64,000 nt of DNA from Paramoeba atlantica (lineage: Eukaryota > Protista > Discosea). The notes beneath the pieces were generated by a model. The model was not told the origin of the DNA. It was given only the letters and a program-made list of their open reading frames with translations, and did not search any database. The stretch is from positions 186,001 through 250,000 of the forward strand of contig CDRNVI010000039.1 of NCBI GenBank assembly GCA_977017575.1, in the 5' to 3' direction. Positions 22,211 to 32,604 of this stretch are shown here, piece after piece (position 1 is the stretch's first letter; every line of letters starts with the position of its first letter). Both the position numbers and the translations under genes were made by a program.

Positions 22211-22213
22211 TAA

Positions 22214-22334
22214 TTGCGGTGGTTGTAAAACTACCGCTCTACCCTCGATTATTGAAAAAAAAGTGAACGAAAACAGTGAAAATATAAAGGGGAACACAGT
22301 AATATAATACAAGAAAAAAATATAAAAGGGGGCT
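22214..22334. mobile_element. Family B 5'-end fragment in head-to-tail tandem with the preceding copy
   Basis: ttgcggtggttgtaaaactaccgctctacc... begins 3 nt after the previous copy ends; truncated after ~120 bp. Confidence 0.8.
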
Positions 22335-22337
22335 TTT

Positions 22338-22640
22338 CCCCCCCTATTTAGCGGGGGTCGCGCGAGCGACTCCAGATAAATGGGGGGAAGGTGGTAGTTG
22401 TTTTGGGGAATATGAGAGGCCGAACGCACGGAGGGGCCGGCCGGGCCAATGAACCTAGATCTTGTTTACCCATTTGCGAAGCCCAACAATTCCACCATAC
22501 CCAACCCGTAATAAAGCCAAGACCTTGTTTACCTGTCCGGCTAATAATTTCACCTTTGTTCCCGGTGAGGCCCCGGAGTTGCGAGAGGCCTCCATACCCC
22601 ACAACTACCAACTTCCCCCCCTATTTAGCGGGGGTCGCGC
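22338..22640. repeat. Small element with a ~24-bp direct repeat enclosing an imperfect inverted repeat
   Basis: ccccctatttagcgggggtcgcgc occurs at both ends; ggggggaaggtggtagttg...gaggcc pairs with ggcctcc...caactaccaacttccccc. Confidence 0.45.
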
Positions 22641-22822
22641 AAGACGTGTGATGTTTATTTGTTATGTTAAATAATTAAATTAATTAAATAAATGTTTTTT
22701 AAAAACATTTAAATTGTTATACATGTCGTACACAAATGTTCATACACGTTTATAGTGCATGTATGGAAATAAAGGTAAAATTAAAATATAGTTTAATCAT
22801 GCATACTAATTTCATTGTCATT

Positions 22823-23707
22823 TTAATCATGCGTACTAATTTCATTGTCTACCGGCCTACATGTATACTGATCAGGTGCTACCGACATTGCTGAGTCTGT
22901 GCGATCTGTCCAAGCGTCCCTGTATGTCTCATACAAGCATGATAAAAGGATGCATGTAAGAGTAAAATTGAGAGCAAGTGTTTTGCATAAATACCGATTC
23001 ATTCGCCGGGAAAGCGTGTCGAAAAGCGTTATCTCCGTGGAATTTAGAGATGGAATGTGTGAGCAAGACACATTTAGGGCAGAACATAGTTTATGCCATT
23101 GCTCTGCATTTTTTTGATAATTTCGTAGGCTAGCATGCTCCTTGAAGACTTTCGACCGTACTAATGTGCTCGTATCCTCTCCCTCGTTATTGATGTGTTC
23201 TATTATCAAAAGTCTCTCTTTAGGAATGAATGATTGCAAACTTCCGATAAAATTATCGGGGTTTTTCAACAGCTCTTCTTGCTCATGAGCAAGTACTGTT
23301 AAATAGTCGTTCAGTTGGCTTGCGTGGGAAGAAAAAATTCCTGCACGACTGGTGGCCTTCATCGCTCGACACAGTGCCGCCTTTTCATCTTCTGTTGGCT
23401 TATATTTTTCTAGTATAAATTTTGCCTTTGGAAATCGAGCAGTAAGCTGAGGCCAAAGGGCACTACCTGGGAGACCCGCAACACTGTCGTACCCGTTTAA
23501 CAGAGTTGCTAAATCTACAGTACCTCTGGGCTGCCTCCGAAAAGCCTTCATCACTTGCCTGGGATGAAACAAAGCGTTTTTACCGGTAATCGAATGCGTA
23601 AAAGTGTAAGGAGAAAATCCGAGTTTTTGAAGAGCACCACTTATTGGGCTCCCGCCAAAGCATGGAGTCAGTACAACGGCTCGTACATCAGTATACTTTG
23701 AAGACAT
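22823..23707 (-). CDS. Sulfotransferase-fold (Sulfotransfer_4-like) protein with degenerate PAPS motif and a C-terminal hydrophobic helix
   Basis: ALQKLGFSPY and GYDSVAGLPGSALWPQLTARFPKAKFIL resemble the family; the GxxRTGT motif is replaced by TPCFGGSP. Confidence 0.7.
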   Translation of the reverse strand: MSSKYTDVRAVVLTPCFGGSPISGALQKLGFSPYTFTHSITGKNALFHPRQVMKAFRRQPRGTVDLATLLNGYDSVAGLPGSALWPQLTARFPKAKFILEKYKPTEDEKAALCRAMKATSRAGIFSSHASQLNDYLTVLAHEQEELLKNPDNFIGSLQSFIPKERLLIIEHINNEGEDTSTLVRSKVFKEHASLRNYQKNAEQWHKLCSALNVSCSHIPSLNSTEITLFDTLSRRMNRYLCKTLALNFTLTCILLSCLYETYRDAWTDRTDSAMSVAPDQYTCRPVDNEISTHD

Positions 23708-24123
23708 ATCGTATTTTTGATTTCGATAAAAGAATTTTGTTAGGGATATGCATTAAATAACGTTTATACTAAAATCACCAAATCTTCATAATTGCACTAC
23801 TACACTATTGTATGTTTCAGCGGTTTCGTTAAGGGCCACTGTTGGCCCTTAACCCTTTTAATAGTGAACACTTTCACGCTTCGTGCTTTACATTACAGCT
23901 ACCACCGGGTCTACCGACCATATCAAGGTATAATTTGCCAGGTGTAATGAAAAGCCTCAAAAAAATTAACTGACAGCATCCAAAAGTTATTTTTGGAAAT
24001 GGTTTCCCGACTTTAAAACCCAATTTTAAATCGGGTTCATGAATAAACAGGCCATTTGTCTCTATTTCGCTTACAAAACACACATTTAGGACCATCAACA
24101 GAATTAACTATGGGTAGAATGAA

Positions 24124-24627
24124 TTAACTTGGCCAAGGAAACTTGACTTTCCAAAGCCGACGGTATCCACTAAGACCCGATATGTTAACTGCTAGTTTTG
24201 CTCTATCTTTTAAGACATGCATGGCACGAGAACTAATTCCGACCGTACGTGGCTCATTGTGCTTGGAGCGACTAGCTTCATCGCTAATCCAAGCTCCAGT
24301 GCGCGGATGAACATTAGTTCGAAGTTGCTTGAAGCTGTGCTTCGGATTGCGAATATGCATGATCCAATCCGGTCGATACCACCTTTCGGCTTTTGTGTGC
24401 CACGGGTGCATAGGGCACCAGTTTAATAGACGGTCGTGAGACCAAATGTAACGACAATGCTCGCACTCTTGTAATAGTTCACGGCGAGAAACTGATTTGT
24501 TAGGGCGTACCAAGTCCCATAGTTTGTGGCTAAAGCTTGGAGGAGGGAGGTAGTCAGAAGCGTTTAAAGGGCCTGACTTGCGCCCGAGCGGAAAAAAATT
24601 TCGACATGGACAAGATGATCCGAACAT
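24124..24627 (-). CDS. Small basic Cys/His-containing hypothetical protein, possibly mitochondrial
   Basis: 167 aa ATG-initiated ORF on the cluster strand; CEHC...H...CPMH. Confidence 0.6.
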   Translation of the reverse strand: MFGSSCPCRNFFPLGRKSGPLNASDYLPPPSFSHKLWDLVRPNKSVSRRELLQECEHCRYIWSHDRLLNWCPMHPWHTKAERWYRPDWIMHIRNPKHSFKQLRTNVHPRTGAWISDEASRSKHNEPRTVGISSRAMHVLKDRAKLAVNISGLSGYRRLWKVKFPWPS

Positions 24628-24966
24628 AAGGATTATAATAACATTCTTAAAATCTGAAATCGAGCTACCAAGGCAAATAAATGGATTTGTTGTTCATTCT
24701 GCAGTGGTGCTTCCGAATTTTAAAGATGGTGGATTGTCAGTAACATAACGGCTTCTGTATAAAGTGCAATGTGCACACAGGAAAAAGGGGGGGCATACCC
24801 CCTATTGGCAAAAAAAATTGCCAATAGTGGGTGATTTTTACCCACTAAATTTTTTTATTATTAAAGTTGCACGTCTGACCATTCCCAGAATAGTGAGCTT
24901 TAAAACGCAAAAAGCTGTGTGCAATTCCATGAGTTCAAAGGAGTACATTATAGTATTATAGTATTA

Positions 24967-25861
24967 TTGCGGTGGTTGTAAAACTACCGCTCTACACTCG
25001 ATTATTGAAAAAAAAGTGAACAAAAACAGTGAAAATATAAAGGGGAACACAGTAATATAATAGAAGAAAAAAATATAAAAGGGGGCTCCGGTGGTCCAAA
25101 ACTGAAAAAAAAATTGAAAAAAATGGGGGGTCCATGGGGGGGGTCCAGGGGGGGGTCCAGGGGGGGGGGCATGGTCGAGCAAATTTTTTCGAAAAAATTA
25201 GTTTTCGAAAAAAAACCGCAGAAAGGGTAGCCGGGGTCTTGGCGCGCATTTTCCACCCCCCTACCCGGGGGTGACCCCGCCGCGTATCCGCAGGACGGGT
25301 CCGCCAAGTTCGGATTTTTTCGGAAAAAAAAGTTTTGAAAAAAATTTCTTGAAAAAAACTTGGCGAAAAAAATGACAAAAAAAATATTTTTCCAAAATCG
25401 TTTCCCCTATTGTATTTTGATAGTTTGGGACCTACACTAGCTTTCTACGCAGTTGTTTTCGCAAGGTATCACTTCTTCGAACTGTGGTGCGCCCCCCAAA
25501 ATGACCCATTTTTGACTAAAAAAGGTGAAAAAGTATTTTTCGGACCTAAAGGGGCATTTCTGTGTCGAAAGAATGGTATGGATGGAGTCGCATTCTCTAC
25601 CCAATACGTTCGGTAGGCTTTCATTCATGCCTGCGAGTGATTTCCCACGCGCAAATGTCGGATTTAGTGCTCTGAGAGCAAAAATATGCGAAAATGACCC
25701 CATTTGTACCCGAAATTCGGCTATTTTTGGCTATAATCTTTCCGTTTTCCAGGCTAAATTTTCTTTTTTAGTCTCTTCGTTAAACGCGGCGGTAGTTTTC
25801 AACGCGAAGCGCGCAGCATGAGTGACTTCTAAGTTGAAAGCAACCACCGCGTTTAACGAAG
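24967..25861. mobile_element. Family B full-length copy
   Basis: Near-identical to 21341-22210; the terminal palindrome stops at ...gtttaacgaag. Confidence 0.9.
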
Positions 25862-26265
25862 TTATAGTACATTATATACATCGCATCGTGTGAAAAAAAT
25901 CAACACTAAACGGTGTTACAGGATAACATACCCCCCCGGTATGTTATCGTGTTACAGGTATGTTAACTTTTGTGCAACTCTGTACTTGAATGCTCATGTT
26001 GATAAGAAAACAAAAAAAAATGATCAGTACTACACATGTAAAAAATTCTCAATTAAGAAAAATTGACCCCCAAACTCCAAAATCCAGAGGGGGGGGGTAT
26101 GTTATCCACCGCTGTTCACGATAACATACCCCCCGGTATGGTATCATGTTACAGGTATGTTATCCCGGGCCCCGGTTTACGTATCTCTGGGGGGTTGCCC
26201 CGTGGCTCTAATTCTTCTTTCTACGTGGGGGAGTCGCACTACAGTACCGTATAGTAGGTCCCATT

Positions 26266-27540
26266 TCAAACTATTTTTAAGAAAGTCTCTTCGTAATTTA
26301 TGTCCACGCCTTCTAAATAGGATGCTTTAATTTCCCCTGTAAAGTAGTTACCAGCGAGCCATAATGTTTCCAGAGTGGGCGGAACTTCAAGACGAATTTC
26401 CCCATTGAAGCAATTGTAGCTAAGATCAAGAACTTGTAGTGAGGCTGGAAGATGATTCATGTCTATCTGGCCTGTCAAACGGTTTTCCGCTACAGAAAGA
26501 ACTTCTAGTGACTCCGAGAGTGACGAAATGTCAATATCACCAGAGAAACAATTTTGTTGAAAATACGCATCTTGTAGAGTTCCGGGAAGATGAGTAACGT
26601 CAAGGGGCCCGGAAAACGTATTTTTGCTCACGTCAAGAGCGCCAAGAGTAGGAGGCAAGTTGCATAGTTCCAAAGGACCACTGAAACGGTTGCACTCTGC
26701 GGAAAGTGTGACCAAGTTCTGTGGGAGAGATGATAGATTCAGCGGACCAACAAAGTGATTCTTCTGCAATTGTAGACAAGTAAGAGTTGAGGGTAGAGTG
26801 TCAAGCGAGAGCTGAGAGCTGAACTGGTTAATACCTAGATACAGTTCTCGAAGGCCTTTGGGAAGCTTACTCAAATCAAGAGACCTATAAAAACCATTGT
26901 TTTCTAGGTTGAGATAAAGTAACTGAGGGACAACAGAAGATAAATTATCGAGGCACACATTTCCAAAAAAACTATTTGTTCGAAGATCGAGCCATTCCAT
27001 TTTCGGTGGCAACGAATCCCAGTCTTCAAAAGATCCCGAAAATTGATTATGCGAAAGTTTTAGGAGCTCCAATTCACGTGGAAGATCGCTAAAGGAAAAC
27101 GCACCTTGTAGTTGATTGCTAGAAATATCGATAGCAAGCAATTCATTCCCTAAAGCAGAAAAATCAAAAGTGCCCTCGAAAAGATTGAGAAAGACTTTAA
27201 AGATTCGAAGATGTCGAGGAAGAAGCTCCGTCTCTATAGGACCCATGATACGGTTCATGGAGACGTCAAGCTCATTCAAGGAACGAGGCAAGAAACCCCA
27301 CGTAAGGTTTCCCGTTAAGGTCAAACTCTGAAGCTTTATTGAGGTGACTATATGACTACTATTACAATGCACCCCCGACCAAGAGCAAACATCTTTTGTG
27401 GCATTCCAAGGAGGAGGGCGCTCCAATGAGCGTACGAATTGTTGCAGCTCAATTTCTTGGGAAAATAGGGCACCACGAACCTTAGCGCTCCGCCTCCGCT
27501 TGTGATCCGGACTAAAATCCTCACTAAGAGCGAAGTACAT
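26266..27540 (-). CDS. Leucine-rich repeat protein (Perkinsela-type family)
   Basis: WSGVHCN cap followed by many LPxxLxxLxLxxNxFxGxxDLxx repeats. Confidence 0.92.
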   Translation of the reverse strand: MYFALSEDFSPDHKRRRSAKVRGALFSQEIELQQFVRSLERPPPWNATKDVCSWSGVHCNSSHIVTSIKLQSLTLTGNLTWGFLPRSLNELDVSMNRIMGPIETELLPRHLRIFKVFLNLFEGTFDFSALGNELLAIDISSNQLQGAFSFSDLPRELELLKLSHNQFSGSFEDWDSLPPKMEWLDLRTNSFFGNVCLDNLSSVVPQLLYLNLENNGFYRSLDLSKLPKGLRELYLGINQFSSQLSLDTLPSTLTCLQLQKNHFVGPLNLSSLPQNLVTLSAECNRFSGPLELCNLPPTLGALDVSKNTFSGPLDVTHLPGTLQDAYFQQNCFSGDIDISSLSESLEVLSVAENRLTGQIDMNHLPASLQVLDLSYNCFNGEIRLEVPPTLETLWLAGNYFTGEIKASYLEGVDINYEETFLKIV

Positions 27541-27724
27541 ACAATGATGATTATAGAGATGTTATAGAGATGTTTTGGTTATTTTTACCCAATTTCTTGA
27601 AAAGGCTCTGTGCTTTTAAATCTCTGATGTGCGTCTAAATAAGTGGAGATACCGGTGACACACTTATAAGTTATAACAATAACATTAATTGAGGGAGATA
27701 CTACTCCTTCGCTACTCTATATTA

Positions 27725-28073
27725 CAGTGCGTGGTGTTATTACGGGACGGGTTAATTACGGGACGGCTTAATTACGGGACGGGTATTTAAGGGACAATAT
27801 GGGGGTGGGGTCATACCTTTGGAATGGGACAAAAGAACTACGAATGTAGCGCCCAAGCAACAGAGCGCGCAAGTTATCAGGCACACATAAAAGTGTATTT
27901 GTAAGATAACTGAACGAAAAGAAGCTAAATAAAGGAACGTAATTGAAAGAAAAAGGTATAGGAGATCCTTAGAAAACAGAATGGAGAATTAAGGGACGGT
28001 TAATTACGGGACACTTTGGACATGATGGGGGGCGTCCCTTAATTAACCCGTCCCGTAATAAAGCCCCGCACTG
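27725..28073. mobile_element. MITE family A (Tc1/mariner-type), TA TSD
   Basis: TA|cagtgcgtggtgttattacgggacggg ... cccgtcccgtaataaagccccgcactg|TA. Confidence 0.9.
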
Positions 28074-28992
28074 TAATAGAATTTCGCCCAATATTTGGCC
28101 CGACAAAAAACTTTCTGGAAAAACTTTGTTTCGCAAAGAATAAAAGGCAACACCATAAACTGATAGTTTTAAGAAAGAGAAACGTACCTGTTGGACGACC
28201 CGAGACCCCCTTCTTCGGATCCAAAAACACCCGAATTTGCCTCATATGCTTTTTACAACTGGAAGTTTGTGATACGAAAGACCGTATAGGACCCCATGCA
28301 TACCGCCACTTCAAGCCAGTGCCAACTTGTGCCAGCCAGTGTCAACCTGTGCCAGCCAGTGCAAGCCACAACGGCCATTATTCTAGGGGACCGGAAGTGG
28401 TTGACTGGGGGAACGTGTGTTTTTTGCGGCCTTCTGTCTCAGCATGGGGTGATAAAATAAAAGAAGGGATTTTTTTGTCTTAAGTGGTGATAATAATGTG
28501 AAAGCAGTTTATTGTTACGATCTCTCGAGAAAAATCGTAATAATAATCGTAATAATAATGGAGAGTATGCAGTAGGTCTGTGTAAATTCGTATTGGTCCG
28601 TGACGAGCTGTGTAGGTACGTGTAGGTTCGTGGTAATCCGTGTAGATTCGTGTAGGCTCGTGTAGGTTTTTTTGACATTTTTTGAGAAGGTTCAATGGCT
28701 CGGCCGCTAGGATAATTGCATGTAGGTAAAGTAGACCGAGTTAAACCACTGTCCGGGTTAATATTCCTGGTAGGAATATTAAGAGGGTATAGGAATAACG
28801 AGGTATAGGAATATTAAAAAATTAATCCGAAAAGGACCAATTTATTTTTCGCGCTGCTTCGCGGCGCGATCTTTCACGTTTGCGAAACCTGATGAAGAGG
28901 GGTTGTCACTCAGATTCGTCCTGTACTACAATCTGGCTGAAGGTAATGTCTTCGAATTCTCCCATTGAACTAGCACTGCTTTGGTGCGTATA

Positions 28993-29466
28993 TATTTTTT
29001 ATCCGTTTTTGTTCATCCTTGCAGCATTGGAGAGATCCCGTTTTCCTAGCGAAGGGCTTTGCCGCCTTTTTTTCATAGGGACCCCCTGGGGTTCATACGG
29101 CGACCCGAAAATCGACCAAAAACAAGATTTTAGAAAACTCAGATTTTGAAAGTTACGTGGGAAAATGCAGAAAATGCCGATCAGTAAGAACTAGTACGTG
29201 ATTTAAACTTTGTAGATTAGTACCCAGAATGTCCGCCGTCATTTTCTAATACTATTCGGAGTTTGGGTTTAGGGTTTGTAGGTCTTGTTTTCATAGTTTC
29301 ACAAAAGGGAAAAATGTACGTGGGGGATAAAAATTTGCTAAAAATCATGTTTTTGGGCCCTAGGGGTTCCCAGAGGGTCCCTATGAAAAAAAGGTGGCAA
29401 AGCCCTTCGCTAGGAAAGCGAGATCTCTCCAATGCTGCAAAGATGAGCAAAAACGGATAAAAAAAC
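28993..29466. repeat. Inverted pair of a ~90-bp module shared with other elements
   Basis: 28993-29085 is the approximate reverse complement of 29375-29466 (gggtccctatgaaaaaaagg(t/c)ggcaaagcccttcgctaggaaa...ctgcaa...ggataaaaaa). Confidence 0.8.
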
Positions 29467-29477
29467 CAAATTTCCGC

Positions 29478-29741
29478 CGGGGGGCAATATTTCTGTTCAC
29501 CCCTGTATAGTATATCAGTGTAGGTTTGGGTCAATCCACTGCTTGGATTTTCGCGTCGGGGCCGCTTTTTATTGGGTTCGAAAGGGTTTAGATATCGAGA
29601 TGACTGAGCGGGGTGGTCCTTGATCTCTTTTTCAAGTTCTTCTTTTTTGTCGGGAGTTATTGAAGGATATTTTCCTTTCCAGCCGTGACGATGAAAAACT
29701 TGGAGATTGTGAACAATCAGGGCACAAGTATGGCTTTCCAT
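29478..29741 (-). pseudogene. Possible transposase HTH fragment
   Basis: SITPDKKEELEKEIKDHPAQSSRYL resembles Tc1/IS630 N-terminal DNA-binding segments; the ORF runs into repeat sequence. Confidence 0.3.
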
Positions 29742-30342
29742 ACTTATAGGTATGTTAAGTAGACTGGTAATGAAATATAAAAGAGAAGAAAAACACTTTC
29801 ACTGTTAGAACCTGTATCTAAAGATGTACCGCGCGTAGTACCAAATGCTAGAACGTATCAAAATACATCGAAAAATGCATAAAAGAAATATTTTGTTTAA
29901 AAAGGTACGTGATCTTACGGTTGGATTTTTTGTGCAACGGTACAAAAAACCGTTGCACAAAAAAAGCCGTGGGATGAGGGGGGGGGGTATGTTAAGTGTC
30001 GCGGGCCAAAATAACATACCCCCCGGTATGTTATCCAAGGTATAGGTATGTTAAACGGGTATGTGGTTTAGAAAAATTTTACCGTGTTTGCTGTCAGCCA
30101 CCAATTTGTCTGCTTCAAGGGCCATGTGGTTACTGCGATGTAAAATTTTGGCCAGATATCGCTTTCGTGATCAAACTGCCTCTCCTAAAACAGTGTACGT
30201 CTCACCTCCACGTACCTTCGAAAAACGCACAGAAACTAAAAGCGCCGCGAAGCGGCGCAATTCATTTTTTTTGGGGGGGGGGCTGGTTCTCCCCCTCTTA
30301 CGCCCCCCCTTAATATGCACAAACCCCAAAAACTTGTGCATA

Positions 30343-31318
30343 CCGTTATCCCCCCTTACTTAGCCCCCACTTTTTGGTCCAAAACCCGTACTTTGTGGTG
30401 AAGTAAAGGGAGTGGTGAAGTAAGGGAGGTGAATAAGCGATTCAAAGTTCGATCAATTTATAGTTCTCTCGGAAATCCTCAAATTATTGAAGTACACTAT
30501 GCTATCGACATTGAGCATAATTTCTTTTTCTTGAGTGTTGTAATGCCTCGTGTTGCACATTCTATATTTTATGTTTCTTCTAGCTTGTCCACGATGTCCG
30601 ATGCGTTTTTAACTTTCGCCCCATGAAAATTTATTACATCGTAAAATTTAAATGATGTCGCAGAATATAACTTATTGAACACCAATTTGAATTTTAGAAC
30701 TACAAGACGCTGTGGCGCAACTTTATGATCAAAGCGATAATGAAACTGAGATGGAAAAAACGGTTCTGAATTAGAAATAGTTCAATGAATCTAAATCATT
30801 CCGTATTGCTCCGATCGGTCACTGGCAAGCCAGACCCTTCACAGATAGATTTGGAAGTTTCGAGGCCGAAGTACTCTAACTGTTTTCGTTAGTACAAGGC
30901 GGCAACAACGTGCTGCTACCAGCCCGTTGCGTCGACGAACCCAAGACAGTCTTCAAAAGTTATCATTCCTGCAGCTACGTAACATTCCTGTAGCCGTGAA
31001 CATTCCCCCCCGGAACGTTAAAACGGACTGTGGTTTAAAATTCCGGTATGACAGCGTCGTCTTCATTAAGAAAGTTGCACCAAGAACCTTTGTGCATCGA
31101 TCTTTGTGCGCCATCAGTGTCGCCCCCTTGAAGACCACTGGGCGTGGCTCTGCCTCGCCTTACCCCGATGTAACGGTCGGTTGAAGTGCACCCCTCCGGC
31201 TGTGTAAAGAGGTGGCAAGTTGCCTGGGGAAAAATCTGACACCCCCCTTACTTCACCACACGTCCAGTGACTAAATGTGGTGAAGTAAGGGGGGAGGCGA
31301 AGTAAGGGGGGGTCACAG
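30343..31318. mobile_element. Non-autonomous TIR element with TA TSD
   Basis: TA|ccgttatcccccc-ttacttagcc ... ggcgaagtaagggggggtcacag|TA (imperfect TIR); subterminal gtgaagtaaggg repeats at both ends. Confidence 0.55.
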
Positions 31319-31441
31319 TATATCTGTACACGTATGTATGTATTTTACGAAACAAAGAACATTATTTGACCATACGTGTACTAGGTTGCGCGATTCTAGA
31401 AAAATAACATGCACAAGTTCATAAAAAGTTTTTCGTTCATG

Positions 31442-32188
31442 TCATGTAGCTTTCGCGGAGCCTAATGCCATGTATTGTGCCATGAGCTCGTCTTCATCTT
31501 TTCCAGGATAAATCTCTTGCCCAAAAGTGCGGTACAAAAAATTACTCTCGGGAAGTGAATCCATCTGTATCGTATAGGGAGGACGATAGAGCGAGTACAG
31601 TTGGGTACTCCGGGCCTCGATGGAGGGAAAATCCACAGGCCACTGCTCCATAATCGTAAATCCACTAAACGGCACCGCATGACGTGTATCCCGCACCCTT
31701 TGGTAGTAACACCGTCCCTCCAAGTGATCCATTTCATGCAGTGCCATACGTGCGGCCATACCCTTGAGCGTTACGGCTTCCCTGACCCCTACCTCATTGC
31801 TTGCCTCCAGTTTAACCTCCGCGGGTCGTTCAATGTAGTGAAGCAGAAACCCACAGGAGGCACAGGGCTCCCATGTCCAGCAGGTCTCCTGGCTGGTGTG
31901 TACCACACGGGGGTGAATGAATGCTCGCAGGGAATGAGTAGCGTCGAATCCAACAAACAGTTTGGCATCCCACCCGACTTGAGGAGCGGATAGGGAGGGG
32001 TAGGCGTAGTGCGCACGGGTGTGGAGCAGGGACTGGAGCTTTTGTTGGAACCCGATGCCGCCGCAGGCGTAAATCCCGTCCTGGGGCAAGCTCGAGGGGG
32101 TGTCCAGGAGAGCACGTGTGGGGTATTGAAGAATGGGAAGCAAACGAGGGGGTGGAGGCGCGGTATGGAGTTTGGAGAAGGCGAACAT
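31442..32188 (-). CDS. PDF: Peptide deformylase-like protein (mitochondrial, divergent motifs)
   Basis: SLSAPQVG (motif 1), WEPCASC (EGCLS-like motif 2), LHEMDHLEG (motif 3); likely ATG at 32188. Confidence 0.85.
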   Translation of the reverse strand: MFAFSKLHTAPPPPRLLPILQYPTRALLDTPSSLPQDGIYACGGIGFQQKLQSLLHTRAHYAYPSLSAPQVGWDAKLFVGFDATHSLRAFIHPRVVHTSQETCWTWEPCASCGFLLHYIERPAEVKLEASNEVGVREAVTLKGMAARMALHEMDHLEGRCYYQRVRDTRHAVPFSGFTIMEQWPVDFPSIEARSTQLYSLYRPPYTIQMDSLPESNFLYRTFGQEIYPGKDEDELMAQYMALGSAKAT

Positions 32189-32604
32189 GGAATGTGGGTG
32201 TGTGGGGATTACTAAGGATTTTATGAGTAATAAGTTACAGTTTAAAAAATCATGAGAAAAGTATGTATGTAAAGTAGGTAGAATCCATTTCACATTGCTT
32301 TTATGTATGTACTATCTTTATCAATGTGACATGGTATAGTGCGCTCTGTGAAAGTATTACAATGACACACTTTTTACGGGAGTATAGAGCAAACAACATG
32401 TTGCAACGGTAGTAATCGAAAACTCATGAGCTCGTTTACAAAAAGGAATCCCCCAGTTCCCCACAAGGGCTTATATAAATCCACTGAATTATAAAAAGAA
32501 CACGCGATGAGGGAACTGTGCAAAAACCTGATGACTATAAACAGTAGAGTTGTATCAAAAGAAAAGACACCGCACGCCATGCCTATGCTTATTCAATAAC
32601 TCAG

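Noticed and set aside
25852-25870. 8-bp TSD (ttatagta) around the 24967 family B copy, suggesting hAT
   Set aside because: Not seen at other copies; the same left flank is shared with the 21341 copy, which lacks the right-hand match
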